A DNA stretch of 64,000 nucleotides from an uncultured Alphaproteobacteria bacterium (GTDB lineage Bacteria; Pseudomonadota; Alphaproteobacteria; Rhodobacterales; Rhodobacteraceae). The position numbers and the translations under genes were made by a program. Where the stretch lies: positions 15,902 through 79,901 of the forward strand of contig CAVSLU010000019.1 of the NCBI GenBank assembly GCA_963728645.1, in the 5' to 3' direction. The notes under the pieces were generated by a model. That model was given only the letters and a program-made list of their open reading frames with translations, did no database searches and was not told where the DNA came from. Positions 1-8,971 of this stretch are shown one piece after another; positions within the stretch are counted from its first letter, which is position 1, and each line of letters opens with the position of its first letter.

Positions 1-1
1 C

Positions 2-112
2 GGATCGCCTTTTGGCGGGATGAAGCAGTCAGGCAACGGTCGCGAAGGCGGCATGTACGGCATCGAGGATTTCACCGAGATCAAGGCTGTCTCGGGCTGG
101 GCCGCTGAATAA
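2..112 (+). CDS. Aldehyde dehydrogenase family protein, C-terminal fragment (runs off the left edge)
   Basis: Manual translation [30 protein letters not shown] contains the ALDH C-terminal PFGGxKxSGxGRE motif; TAA at 110-112. Confidence 0.9.
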   Translation, partial: GSPFGGMKQSGNGREGGMYGIEDFTEIKAVSGWAAE

Positions 113-138
113 GCAACGCGCCTGATGAACCAATGGAT

Positions 139-168
139 AAGGCCACCCGATCCGGGTGGCCTTTTTTT
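139..168 (+). terminator. Rho-independent terminator
   Basis: AAGGCCACCCG-ATC-CGGGTGGCCTT hairpin followed by a T run, between convergent genes. Confidence 0.85.
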
Positions 169-200
169 GTGTGCGTCCTTGGTTTTTAATACCGATGCGT

Positions 201-1841
201 TCAGGCGGCAAAGCCCAGCTTGGCCACGTGGATCTCGAACGTAGGGTGCATTTCCGCCCCCACCACATTGTCTTTGTAGTGGCGATAGATCGCGCGCCAG
301 TACGGTTGTACGATCACGCCTTCGTCCTGCATGATCTTCTCGAGTTTCGCCATAACGCTGCGCCGTTCATCCGCATCTGCGATGGCCAGGGCATCCGTCA
401 GCGCGGCGTCGAATTCTTCATTTGAAAACGCCGTTTCGTTCCACGCCTCGCCCGATCTGTAGGCCAGCGCCAGCACCTGCACGCCCAAGGGCCGCTGCGC
501 CCAATCCGTTGTCGACAGGGCGTATTTTGTCCAGTCGTTCCAGAAGGTCGCGCCGGGCAGCACCGTGCGCTTTACCTTGAACCCTGCGTCACGCAGCATC
601 GCGGCGGCCGCATCGGTGGTGTTTTTGCGCCACGTATCGTCGATTGAGATCAGCTCGTGTTCAAAATCGCCCATGCCTGCCTCGTCCAGCAGCGCCTTGG
701 CGGCGACCGGATCATAAACCGGGGCTGGCAATTCGGCATATTCGGGATAAATCGGGCAAACGTGGTGGTTTTCCGCGACGCGTCCGTTGCCAGAAAAGCC
801 CAACTCAAGCAGCACATTATTATCAAGCGCCATCGCAAGGGCGCGGCGCACCCGCACGTCTTCATAGGGTTTCATGCCATCGATTTCAGCGGCTTGGTTG
901 GGGCGCAGGACGATGGTGTTTGCAGTGATCGCTTCGGATTTTGACCAACCGATATCGTCCAGCATCAGGATGAAATCACCGATGGATTCGTACACCATAT
1001 CGACTTCCCCCGCATCGACGGCGGCCACGATGGCCGCCTGATCCGTCCCGAAATCAAGGTATTCGATCCGATCCAGATACGCGCCTTCGCCCCACCATTG
1101 GTGGTCTTCGTTCTTTACCAACACCGCCTTGATGCCAACGTCGAACTCAGCGGGCAAATAGGGGCCGGTACCGATGGGGTTGTCCAGCGGATCGCCGTTA
1201 AAGCTTTGGTGCACGATGGCCGCGGGATAGTCTGAAAAGCCAGCGACCAACGTGATGTCAGGGTTGGTCAGCGACAACCGCACGGTTTTATCGTCCACAA
1301 CGGTGATCGCTCCCTCGCGGGCAACGCCAGTGTCGGCGTCCACCAGTGACCCCATGCGAGACGCCATCGAATTGCCCTCGACGCCCTTTTCACACCAACG
1401 CGCAATGTTAAATGCCACATCATCGGCAGTGAACGGGTCGCCATTGCTCCAGGTGATACCGGGGCGCACCTTGAGCGTGTATTCAGTGGCATCATCGTTC
1501 ACCTCCCAGCCTTCAAGCAGCATGGGGGAAAAACTTCCGTCGGTTTCGTATTGCACGAGATACTCAAGATAGCCGCGCGTGAAATTCGACATTTGCGGCC
1601 AATCGAACGTCCGGGGGTCTTTCAAGGCTTTCACAGCGGATTCAATGCGCAGCGTGCCACCCGATTGTGCATGGGCAGCGGCTTTGGCGGGTTGCGTCAG
1701 GCCAAGAAGGCCATAGGCGGCGGTTGCTGTTACGCCGAGCGACGTGGCACGGGTCATGAATTCACGACGGGACAAAGTGCCCACGGCGACTTCGCTGGCA
1801 TAGTTTTTTGCGGCGGGGTGAAGGGTTTTATGAAATTTCAT
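201..1841 (-). CDS. ABC transporter substrate-binding protein, family 5 (DppA/OppA-like), Tat-exported
   Basis: SRREFM twin-arginine signal, [11 protein letters not shown] and PIGTGPY motifs, [11 protein letters not shown]; 546 aa. Confidence 0.9.
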   Translation of the reverse strand: MKFHKTLHPAAKNYASEVAVGTLSRREFMTRATSLGVTATAAYGLLGLTQPAKAAAHAQSGGTLRIESAVKALKDPRTFDWPQMSNFTRGYLEYLVQYETDGSFSPMLLEGWEVNDDATEYTLKVRPGITWSNGDPFTADDVAFNIARWCEKGVEGNSMASRMGSLVDADTGVAREGAITVVDDKTVRLSLTNPDITLVAGFSDYPAAIVHQSFNGDPLDNPIGTGPYLPAEFDVGIKAVLVKNEDHQWWGEGAYLDRIEYLDFGTDQAAIVAAVDAGEVDMVYESIGDFILMLDDIGWSKSEAITANTIVLRPNQAAEIDGMKPYEDVRVRRALAMALDNNVLLELGFSGNGRVAENHHVCPIYPEYAELPAPVYDPVAAKALLDEAGMGDFEHELISIDDTWRKNTTDAAAAMLRDAGFKVKRTVLPGATFWNDWTKYALSTTDWAQRPLGVQVLALAYRSGEAWNETAFSNEEFDAALTDALAIADADERRSVMAKLEKIMQDEGVIVQPYWRAIYRHYKDNVVGAEMHPTFEIHVAKLGFAA

Positions 1842-2030
1842 TTGGCTCTCATCCGTTGTGTGAAGAGGGGAAGCGCCCGCGCAGTTTCGCCAGGTCGCCC
1901 GGAAAGCGCCAACCGCTTTCCTTGAGTATAGGGGTGGAGATAGCTCAAAAACGACATAGTCAACGGAATATGCTTACGTTTACGCAGCTATTCGGGGCGC
2001 GGAAAAAGGCGCGCACTTCGCGGTATCCGC

Positions 2031-2678
2031 CTAGAACGGTGCCTTCGAGCGGATCTTGGTCGAATGCCCGCCCTGCGGATGATTGAACCTCAGTTCTTCG
2101 GAATGCAGCATCAGACGCTCGAAATCACGCGCGGCACCCGTGGCATAGAAAGGATCGCCCAAGATCGGATGGCCGAGGCTTAGCATATGTACACGCAACT
2201 GATGGCTGCGCCCGGTCTTTGGCATCAGCCGCACGCGGGCTGTGTCGCCTTCGTCTTTCAACAGCCGCCAGTCGGTTTGCGCGGGCTTGCCTGTATCGTG
2301 GCACACCATCTGACGGGGGCGGTTCGGCCAATCTACTATAAGCGGCAGATCGATCGTGCCGGTCTTTTCCGCCGGCACGCCCCACACCCGCGCAACATAT
2401 GTCTTGCGCGTCATCCGCTTTTCAAACTGCAAGCCCAGATGCCGCTGCGCATAAGGCGTCAACGCAAAAATCATCACGCCGGATGTATCCCGATCCAGCC
2501 GGTGCACCAGCAGCGCATCCGGAAATACCGCCTGCACCCGCGCGATTAGGCAATCGGCCAGATGTGCGCCCTTGCCCGGCACAGACAACAGGCCCGCCGG
2601 TTTATCAACCAGCAGCACTTCGGCATCTTCGTGCAAGATTACCAGAGGGCCTTGCGGTGGCGTATATTCTGTTTCCAT
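2031..2678 (-). CDS. rluA: RluA-family pseudouridine synthase
   Basis: VDKPAGL, HRLDRDTSG catalytic motif, TGRSHQLRVH, GHPILGD. Confidence 0.9.
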   Translation of the reverse strand: METEYTPPQGPLVILHEDAEVLLVDKPAGLLSVPGKGAHLADCLIARVQAVFPDALLVHRLDRDTSGVMIFALTPYAQRHLGLQFEKRMTRKTYVARVWGVPAEKTGTIDLPLIVDWPNRPRQMVCHDTGKPAQTDWRLLKDEGDTARVRLMPKTGRSHQLRVHMLSLGHPILGDPFYATGAARDFERLMLHSEELRFNHPQGGHSTKIRSKAPF

Positions 2679-2736
2679 AACTGTCCGTCTCAGATGTAGG
2701 CTGGGTTTTCAAGCCACCTGACGCAAAGGACGCCAC

Positions 2737-3147
2737 ATGCACCCCACAATCGCCAGAATGATCGAGGTTGTCGCCAAGGGTGACGCCGATCAGATTGCCC
2801 CCCTGCTGGCCGAAGACGTACGCTTTTTGCCGCCCACATATTTCAAGACCTGGACCGGACGCGCCCCCGTTGCAGCCGTTTTGGGCCATGTGGGGCAGGT
2901 CTTCAGCGACTTCAAATACCGCCGCATCATGGGAGAGGACACAGATTGGGCGCTTGAGTTTCAGTGCAGGATTGGCGATCTGGACGCCGTTGGCGTCGAT
3001 TTGATCACCTTGGGCGATGACGGGCTTATCAGTGTTTTCGAGGTGGCCATGCGCCCGCACAAGTCCATCGGGGCACTGCGCGAGGCGATGAATGCGCGGG
3101 TGATGAAAGACCGGCGGTTTCTGGCCTTCAAGGGTGCGCTTTCATAG
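2737..3147 (+). CDS. NTF2/SnoaL-like domain protein
   Basis: 136 aa; LLAEDVRF..P and GVDLITL..DGLI..FEV.MRP pattern typical of SnoaL-like proteins. Confidence 0.7.
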   Translation: MHPTIARMIEVVAKGDADQIAPLLAEDVRFLPPTYFKTWTGRAPVAAVLGHVGQVFSDFKYRRIMGEDTDWALEFQCRIGDLDAVGVDLITLGDDGLISVFEVAMRPHKSIGALREAMNARVMKDRRFLAFKGALS

Positions 3148-3174
3148 CATGTCGCCTGTCTCCCCGCGGGAGGT

Positions 3175-4098
3175 TCAGCGATCGCGCATTTGTCGGAACA
3201 GCGAGATCGAATAAATCACCAGAGCAAGCCAGATCAGCGGAAACGCGATCATCCGCGCGCGCCCGAAGGGTTCGTCAAATACCAGAACGGCACACAGAAA
3301 GATCATAGTGGGCGCGATGTATTGCAAGATACCGATGGTCGACAACCGCAGGCGCTTGGCCCCGTTCGCATAAAGAATCAGCGGCACGGCTGTCACCACA
3401 CCGCACCCCACCAGCATCCACGTATCAAACGGCACACCTTGGGCAAAATGTGTCTGCCCCTGCGTCGCGATGTAGCCAAGATACACCAATGCGGGGATAA
3501 GCAAGATCAGCACCTCAAGCAGGAAGCCCTGGTTCGGGCCAATCGGAAGGCGCTTCTTGGCCAACGCATAGAGGCCGAAGGTCAGCGTGAGGCTAAGGGC
3601 GACCCACGGGAACTTGCCCGATTCAAGCGTCAGAATCGCGACAGCAACCGCAGCCAGCGCAATCGCGGCCATTTGCAACTTTGACAGCCGTTCGCCCAGC
3701 AGGACGGCGGCCAGCAGAATACTGAACAGCGGATTGATGTAATACCCCAGCGATGCGTCCAGCGCGTGACCGGAATTGACCGCCCAGATATAGATACCCC
3801 AGTTGACCGAAATAAGCCCCGCCGTGACGCATCCCATCATCAAGGTGCGCGGCTGTCGGAACGCTTCGCGCAAGGTATCGGTGCGGCCCAGCAAAATCAG
3901 CACCAATGCGCCCACAGGGACAGACCAGATGATCCGGTGCACGACGATTTCTGCCGCAGGAATATGCGCGATCGCCTTCATGTAAAGCGGCAGAAAACCC
4001 CACAGGCCATAGGCCCCCACGGCAAAGGCAAGGCCCTGCGGCGTGTCTTCGGGTGTGGCGGGGCGATCGCTTGGGGACAGGGTATCGGCGTTGCGCAT
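3175..4098 (-). CDS. rarD: RarD-type EamA/DMT transporter
   Basis: AYGLWGFLPLY, HRIIWS, SLGYYINPL and QYIAPT motifs; about 10 hydrophobic segments. Confidence 0.9.
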   Translation of the reverse strand: MRNADTLSPSDRPATPEDTPQGLAFAVGAYGLWGFLPLYMKAIAHIPAAEIVVHRIIWSVPVGALVLILLGRTDTLREAFRQPRTLMMGCVTAGLISVNWGIYIWAVNSGHALDASLGYYINPLFSILLAAVLLGERLSKLQMAAIALAAVAVAILTLESGKFPWVALSLTLTFGLYALAKKRLPIGPNQGFLLEVLILLIPALVYLGYIATQGQTHFAQGVPFDTWMLVGCGVVTAVPLILYANGAKRLRLSTIGILQYIAPTMIFLCAVLVFDEPFGRARMIAFPLIWLALVIYSISLFRQMRDR

Positions 4099-4205
4099 GG
4101 AAGGCCTCCTTCAGGCTTGCTTACGCGGGTGTGGCGCGACGTTCCAGTGTCAAACCTTCCTATTCCGCGGTGCCCGGACAGATGCCTCTGTCCGGGCGAC
4201 CGCGC

Positions 4206-5096
4206 TTAGACGATGGTATGACCCGCGGCATGCAATCGCGCGGCAATCTCGCGGATATGCGCCGGGCCGACCTCGCAACACCCCCCCACGATGGTCGCCC
4301 CCTGGTCGATCCAGTGCATCGCGTATTCAGCATAGGCCGCAGGCGTCAGATCCTGACGCGCCGTCAGGGAATCTACCGTCGGTTTATCTTCCAAAAACGC
4401 GTCTGAAATCCGCTCAAAGCCATTGGCATATGCGCCAAACGGCAGCCCTGCGCTTTTGAGTATCTCAAGCGATGCACCGATCGCTTCGGGCAAAGAACAG
4501 TTGATCAAGAGCGCCGAAGCCTGGGTGACAAAGGGCAGCACGTCGGCCAGAGGCTCACCCGACCGCAGCCGCGTTCCGTCCTGATCGTCGACCGTCAGCG
4601 CAAGCCACACAGGCAACCCGGATGCCAAGGCACCCTCCAGCACGCTACGCGCATGCACGACAGACGCGACGGTTTCGCACAGGATCAAATCGCAATAGGG
4701 CGCGGTCATCATCGCCTTTTCACGGTAGAGCTTTAGCGCGGTGTCATAATCGGGATGCAGATCAGGGCGATAGCTGGCCCGAAGCGGGCCAATGGCCCCT
4801 GCAACGCGCCTGTTATTGCCAAGGATTGCCGCGGCCCTGGCTTCGGTCATTGCAGCAAGGTTCAGTTCGGCGAATTGCAGCGTATAGGGCGTACCCTCCA
4901 GCCGGTCGCGGTGGACCGCATAGGTATTGGAGGTCGCGATCGTCGCTCCGGCGTTGAAATAATCGGTGTGTACCGCTTCAACCATGCCGGGGTGGTCGAT
5001 CATCACCTGCGTTGACCAAAGCGGTGTCGCTTTGCCCCCCGCCCGGTGCACCAGTTCCTGGCCCATGCCCCCATCCAAAAGAGTGATCTGCGTCAT
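4206..5096 (-). CDS. Homocysteine S-methyltransferase family protein
   Basis: LLDGGMGQEL start, NCS and GGCC Zn-ligand motifs, GAYANGF. ATG at 5096 is preceded by AAGGA; the ORF-track extension to 5192 runs through a repeat element. Confidence 0.88.
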   Translation of the reverse strand: MTQITLLDGGMGQELVHRAGGKATPLWSTQVMIDHPGMVEAVHTDYFNAGATIATSNTYAVHRDRLEGTPYTLQFAELNLAAMTEARAAAILGNNRRVAGAIGPLRASYRPDLHPDYDTALKLYREKAMMTAPYCDLILCETVASVVHARSVLEGALASGLPVWLALTVDDQDGTRLRSGEPLADVLPFVTQASALLINCSLPEAIGASLEILKSAGLPFGAYANGFERISDAFLEDKPTVDSLTARQDLTPAAYAEYAMHWIDQGATIVGGCCEVGPAHIREIAARLHAAGHTIV

Positions 5097-5112
5097 ATTC
5101 TGTCCTTCGCCA

Positions 5113-5158
5113 CCGGAATTTTTCAAAAATTCCGGCCCGTTTTCTTTGCAAGAAAACG
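5113..5158 (-). repeat. Double-palindrome intergenic repeat (family A), copy 1
   Basis: CCGGAATTTTTCAAAAATTCCGG plus CGTTTTCTTTGCAAGAAAACG; its reverse complement nearly matches 63675-63718. Confidence 0.85.
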
Positions 5159-5190
5159 ACCCCCCTGCGGGCGCTCGTTTTCGGATTACC

Positions 5191-5345
5191 AAGGCGGTTT
5201 ACCCACCTGAATGATTGCCCGGCTCCGAAGGCCGAGAATGCCCTTCCCGTACTGCGCCTTTCGATCAGACGCAAGATTGGCACCACGGGCGGGTTGACGT
5301 GCTTGAGAATCGTCGCGATGGCATGCCTCCCACCTCAGGCGGAAG
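5191..5345 (-). ncRNA. Candidate structured cis-regulatory RNA upstream of the homocysteine S-methyltransferase
   Basis: Several stems visible by eye (CCGCCUGA/UCAGGUGG, CCCGU/ACGGG, UGCGUCU/AGGCGCA, CUCGGC/GCCGGG); no RNA family recognised. Confidence 0.5.
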
Positions 5346-5963
5346 TCAGACGATCGGCGTGCTCGATGCGCCCAGAAGGACGCCGTAGACGATGAAACAA
5401 AGCGCCATGAACCGGCGGAACCATACGTTGAAGACTGCCCCAAGGGCGGCACGCCCGATGATGGCCCCAAGCGCCGTAAAGCAAGTGTAGCTAAGCGTGG
5501 TGAGCGTCAGGGCCGTTGGCACAATTACAATCATCTGCCCCCAGATCGGGACATCCGGTTGGACAAACTGACTGAACGCCGCCAGATAACCCGCGACCGA
5601 TTTGGGGTTGATCGTCGCGATGGCAAATGCGCGCCAATAGACCGAACCTGCCGGCCGGTCATCCACCTTGACGTGCCGCGCCGCCACAAAGATCCCGCGC
5701 AACCCCAGATATATCAGAAATCCCGCCCCGATCAGTTTGGCGATAAAGAACGCAGTCGGTGAGGCCGTCAGCAGCGCTGTCACGCCAAGTGCAGACAACA
5801 TCAGGAAGAGACTGGCCTGTGTCAGGATCCCCAAAACGCCGACACATGCCCGGCGAAAACCAAGGGTCATGCCATTATGAATGCAATTCACCGCATTCGG
5901 CCCCGGCGTGGTTACAAAAACCGCCCAGAACAGAGCAAAAATGATCCAGGCGTCAAAGGTCAT
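5346..5963 (-). CDS. LysE/RhtB-family amino-acid exporter
   Basis: TPGPN motif, KLIGAGFLIYLG, TINPKS; 205 aa, hydrophobic. Confidence 0.9.
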   Translation of the reverse strand: MTFDAWIIFALFWAVFVTTPGPNAVNCIHNGMTLGFRRACVGVLGILTQASLFLMLSALGVTALLTASPTAFFIAKLIGAGFLIYLGLRGIFVAARHVKVDDRPAGSVYWRAFAIATINPKSVAGYLAAFSQFVQPDVPIWGQMIVIVPTALTLTTLSYTCFTALGAIIGRAALGAVFNVWFRRFMALCFIVYGVLLGASSTPIV

Positions 5964-6033
5964 GCTGACGGGCGCACCAATGTAAGGTCGAAAAAGCCGA
6001 CCAGTCGTCTGTCATGCTGCGCGTCCTGCAGCG

Positions 6034-6504
6034 TCAAACCCTATCTGATTTCGCATGTCGAAAGCAGGATTTCAGCAGGACGGCCATCATTTCCGCGTCT
6101 TCGGACGTAAATGCATCGGGCTGATTGCTGTCAATGTCAAAGACACCCAGCAGATCGCCGTTGCCATTCCAGACAGGCAATACCAGCTCGGATCGGGTGG
6201 AGGTCGCGCAGGCGATATGGCCCGGGAACGCATCAACATCCGCGACCAGCTGCGTTTGCCCAAGGCGTGCAGCCGCGCCACAGACACCACGCGAAAACGG
6301 GATCACGAGGCACCCGTGTCCGCCCTGATACGGCCCAATCTTGAGCAGTTCCGGTTCGGTCACACGGTAAAAACCGGTCCAGTCAAACCGATCATCGGCG
6401 TGGTGCACTTCGCAGGTGACGGTAGCCATCAGGGCCACGGCGTCGGTTTCGCCCTCTGTCAACGCGTGCAGGGTATTGGCAAGGATGTCGTAGTCAACGC
6501 GCAT
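6034..6504 (-). CDS. GAF-domain protein, free methionine-R-sulfoxide reductase (fRMsr/MsrC)-like
   Basis: WTGFY, GPYQG..GC..I.F.RGVCGAAA, FPGHIAC, SELVLP, DIDS motifs. Confidence 0.85.
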   Translation of the reverse strand: MRVDYDILANTLHALTEGETDAVALMATVTCEVHHADDRFDWTGFYRVTEPELLKIGPYQGGHGCLVIPFSRGVCGAAARLGQTQLVADVDAFPGHIACATSTRSELVLPVWNGNGDLLGVFDIDSNQPDAFTSEDAEMMAVLLKSCFRHAKSDRV

Positions 6505-6530
6505 GGGATTCTTTCAGAATGTAGCGGTGG

Positions 6531-6583
6531 AAGGGGGGCCGTCTGCCCCCCTGACCCCCCGAGGATTTTCGACCATTTGGAAA
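6531..6583 (-). repeat. Intergenic repeat (family B) directly after the thiolase stop codon
   Basis: Minus strand TTTCCAAATGGTCGAAAATCCTCGGGGGG..GGGGGGCAGACGGCCCCCC; similar to 50530-50589 and 57872-57893. Confidence 0.65.
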
Positions 6584-7756
6584 TCAGGGGCGCTCAATCG
6601 CGATGGCCGTGCCTTCGCCGCCGCCAATACAAATCGCCGCGATACCCCGTTTAAGGCCACGCTTTTCAAGCGCATTCAACAGCGTGACGATGATCCGCGC
6701 CCCAGAGGCCCCGATCGGATGCCCAAGCGCGCAAGCCCCGCCATTCACATTCACGATGTCATGTGACAGCCCCATTTCATGCATGAAGGCAAGGGGCACG
6801 ACGGCAAAAGCCTCGTTCACCTCCCACAGGTCAACGTCTTCTTTCTGCCAACCCAGACGGGCAAGCAGTTTTTGCGCCGCAGGAACCGGTGCCGTCGTGA
6901 AAAGGCCGGGGGCCTGTGCGTGGCTGGCGTGACCCATGATTTGGGCGCGCACCGTCAGGCCCTGATCGCGAGATGCCTGCTCGGAAGCCAGCACCAGCGC
7001 GGCCGCCCCATCCGAGATCGAGGAGGAGTTGGCCGCTGTCACCGTTCCTCCTTCGCGGAAGGCGGGTTTCAGCTGCGGGATCTTTTCGGGACGTGCGTTG
7101 CCGGGCTGTTCATCGGCGGACACGGTGACGCTGCCCTGGCGGGAGCTGACCTGCATGGGGGCAATTTCGCCGTCGAAGGCACCGCTTGACTGCGCTTTGA
7201 TGGCGCGTGACAGGGACGCCAGCGCATAGTCGTCCTGCACGGCCCGTGTAAACTGGTAGGTTTCGGCACAGTCTTCGGCGAATGTGCCCATTAAACGGCC
7301 TTTGTCATAAGCATCCTCGAGCCCGTCGAGGAACATGTGGTCGATGACCTGAGCGTGCCCCAGCCGCGCCCCGCCCCGCATCTTGGGCAGCACATAAGGA
7401 GCGTTTGTCATGCTTTCCATGCCCCCCGCGACCATCACATTCGTATGGCCCAGCGCGATCTGATCAAAGGCGATCATCGCAGCCTTCATGCCCGATCCGC
7501 ACATCTTGTTCAGGGTGGTCGCCGGCACGTTTTCGCCCAGACCCGCTTTGAAACTGGCCTGCCGCGCAGGAGCCTGCCCCTGGCCGGCGGGCAGCACGCA
7601 GCCCATAAGAACCTCGTCCACTGCCGGGGTTCCCGCGCCCTCGAGTGCAGCCTTGATGGCACGCCCACCCATGTCGGAAGCTGTCATATTGGCGAACACG
7701 CCCTGAAACCCACCCATTGGCGTGCGCGCAGCACCGGCAATGACGACCTTGTTCAT
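6584..7756 (-). CDS. Acetyl-CoA C-acyltransferase (thiolase)
   Basis: NKMCGSG catalytic Cys, NEAFA, GHPIGASG, CIGGGEG. Confidence 0.95.
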   Translation of the reverse strand: MNKVVIAGAARTPMGGFQGVFANMTASDMGGRAIKAALEGAGTPAVDEVLMGCVLPAGQGQAPARQASFKAGLGENVPATTLNKMCGSGMKAAMIAFDQIALGHTNVMVAGGMESMTNAPYVLPKMRGGARLGHAQVIDHMFLDGLEDAYDKGRLMGTFAEDCAETYQFTRAVQDDYALASLSRAIKAQSSGAFDGEIAPMQVSSRQGSVTVSADEQPGNARPEKIPQLKPAFREGGTVTAANSSSISDGAAALVLASEQASRDQGLTVRAQIMGHASHAQAPGLFTTAPVPAAQKLLARLGWQKEDVDLWEVNEAFAVVPLAFMHEMGLSHDIVNVNGGACALGHPIGASGARIIVTLLNALEKRGLKRGIAAICIGGGEGTAIAIERP

Positions 7757-7845
7757 TTTCGAACCCTCCCGAGGAAATGATCACTAATTCGTAAGACATC
7801 CGCGATATCCCAAGTGGCACCGCAACACAGCCATGAGATAACCAT

Positions 7846-8187
7846 ATGAAACTCTCAGCCGAAACAGAAGAGCGACTGCAAATTGTTCATGTAATTGATG
7901 ACCGGATCGATGCCGCTGTGGCCCTCGAATTCAAGGAAACCATGCGTCAGATCACGCAAACTGCGCCCGCGACGGTTATTCTGGATCTCAGCAACGTCAT
8001 ATTCATCGATTCCAGCGGCCTTGGCGCGATCGTGGCAACGATGAAATTTCTGGCCCCGGATCGCGAACTGAAACTGGCGGGGCTGAAGGGCCCGGTAGAC
8101 CGCGTATTTCGGCTGACAAGGATGGACAGCGTGTTTTCCCTGTATCCAACCCTGGATGCCGCCGTGCGCGACAACGCAATGACATGA
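7846..8187 (+). CDS. STAS-domain anti-sigma-factor antagonist (RsbV/RbaV-like)
   Basis: LDLSNVIFIDSSGLG containing the phosphorylatable Ser; 113 aa. Confidence 0.9.
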   Translation: MKLSAETEERLQIVHVIDDRIDAAVALEFKETMRQITQTAPATVILDLSNVIFIDSSGLGAIVATMKFLAPDRELKLAGLKGPVDRVFRLTRMDSVFSLYPTLDAAVRDNAMT

Positions 8188-8663
8188 TGGCCAAAGGCAG
8201 GCAGCGTATCATGCCAGACACATCCGGCGCACCTTTCACTTTCCAGATTGATCTGCCCGCAACGGCCGACGCCGTGAGAGGCGCGCTTGCGATGCTGCGC
8301 ACCCGTCTTGCCCCGCTGGCGCTTTCTGCGGACGATCTGGGCATTGTTGAATTGGTGGTGGCGGAGACGCTAAACAATATCGTCGAACATGCGTTTTGCG
8401 AGGCTGGGCAATCTGATGTGATTACCATCAAGGGCAGGTACCGTGGCAACGGCCTGCATTTCTACTTTGCCGATTTCGGGCGACCGATGCCCGGCCTTGC
8501 TTTGCCCCCCACCAAGACCTTCGACAGCGCGTGCTTGATGGAACACCTGCCTGAAGGCGGATTTGGCTGGGGGCTTATCAAGGATCTGGCGCAGGATATC
8601 GTTTATTTCCGAAACGGTTTGATGAATACGCTGAGCCTGCGTGTGCCGCTAGAGCAGCGTTGA
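8184..8663 (+). CDS. Anti-sigma factor Ser/Thr kinase (RsbW/RbaW-like HATPase)
   Basis: ELVVAETLNNIVEHA, D.G box, PEGGFGWGLI; ATGA overlap with the STAS gene. Confidence 0.88.
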   Translation: MMAKGRQRIMPDTSGAPFTFQIDLPATADAVRGALAMLRTRLAPLALSADDLGIVELVVAETLNNIVEHAFCEAGQSDVITIKGRYRGNGLHFYFADFGRPMPGLALPPTKTFDSACLMEHLPEGGFGWGLIKDLAQDIVYFRNGLMNTLSLRVPLEQR

Positions 8664-8836
8664 TTTCCAGCGGTCGGGCTGCGCAGGAACTGGGCACGGT
8701 TCAACAATCTGCAATTGCTGCAAGAGCCAACGTGGCGCCACATTTCTTCGCTTTAATACCCCACCAGCGCCGCATTCGCATCACAGTTTTGCCCATATGA
8801 CACGGCATACATGTTCTTGTAGCTGCATATAGCTTC

Positions 8837-8883
8837 CCTCAACGTCGCGTTTCATAGCCCCCACCCAGTACGCGACGTTGAGG
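8837..8883. other. Perfect 14-bp hairpin with a C-rich loop in a ~300-bp intergenic region (possible sRNA)
   Basis: CCTCAACGTCGCGT / ACGCGACGTTGAGG with loop TTCATAGCCCCCACCCAGT. Confidence 0.5.
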
Positions 8884-8971
8884 ATTATATCTCCAAATAC
8901 ATATTGGCACTCCGGCTAGGGCCGCGCTAGGTTCCGCGAGACACTCATTTCTCAGCAGGAACCAATTGACT

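Noticed and set aside
5191-5345. Possible 6S RNA or known SAM/SAH riboswitch
   Set aside because: It is not a single long rod with a central bubble, it is not beside the usual 6S neighbours, and I could not find the SAM-II, SAM-SAH or SAH consensus. Kept as an unknown element.
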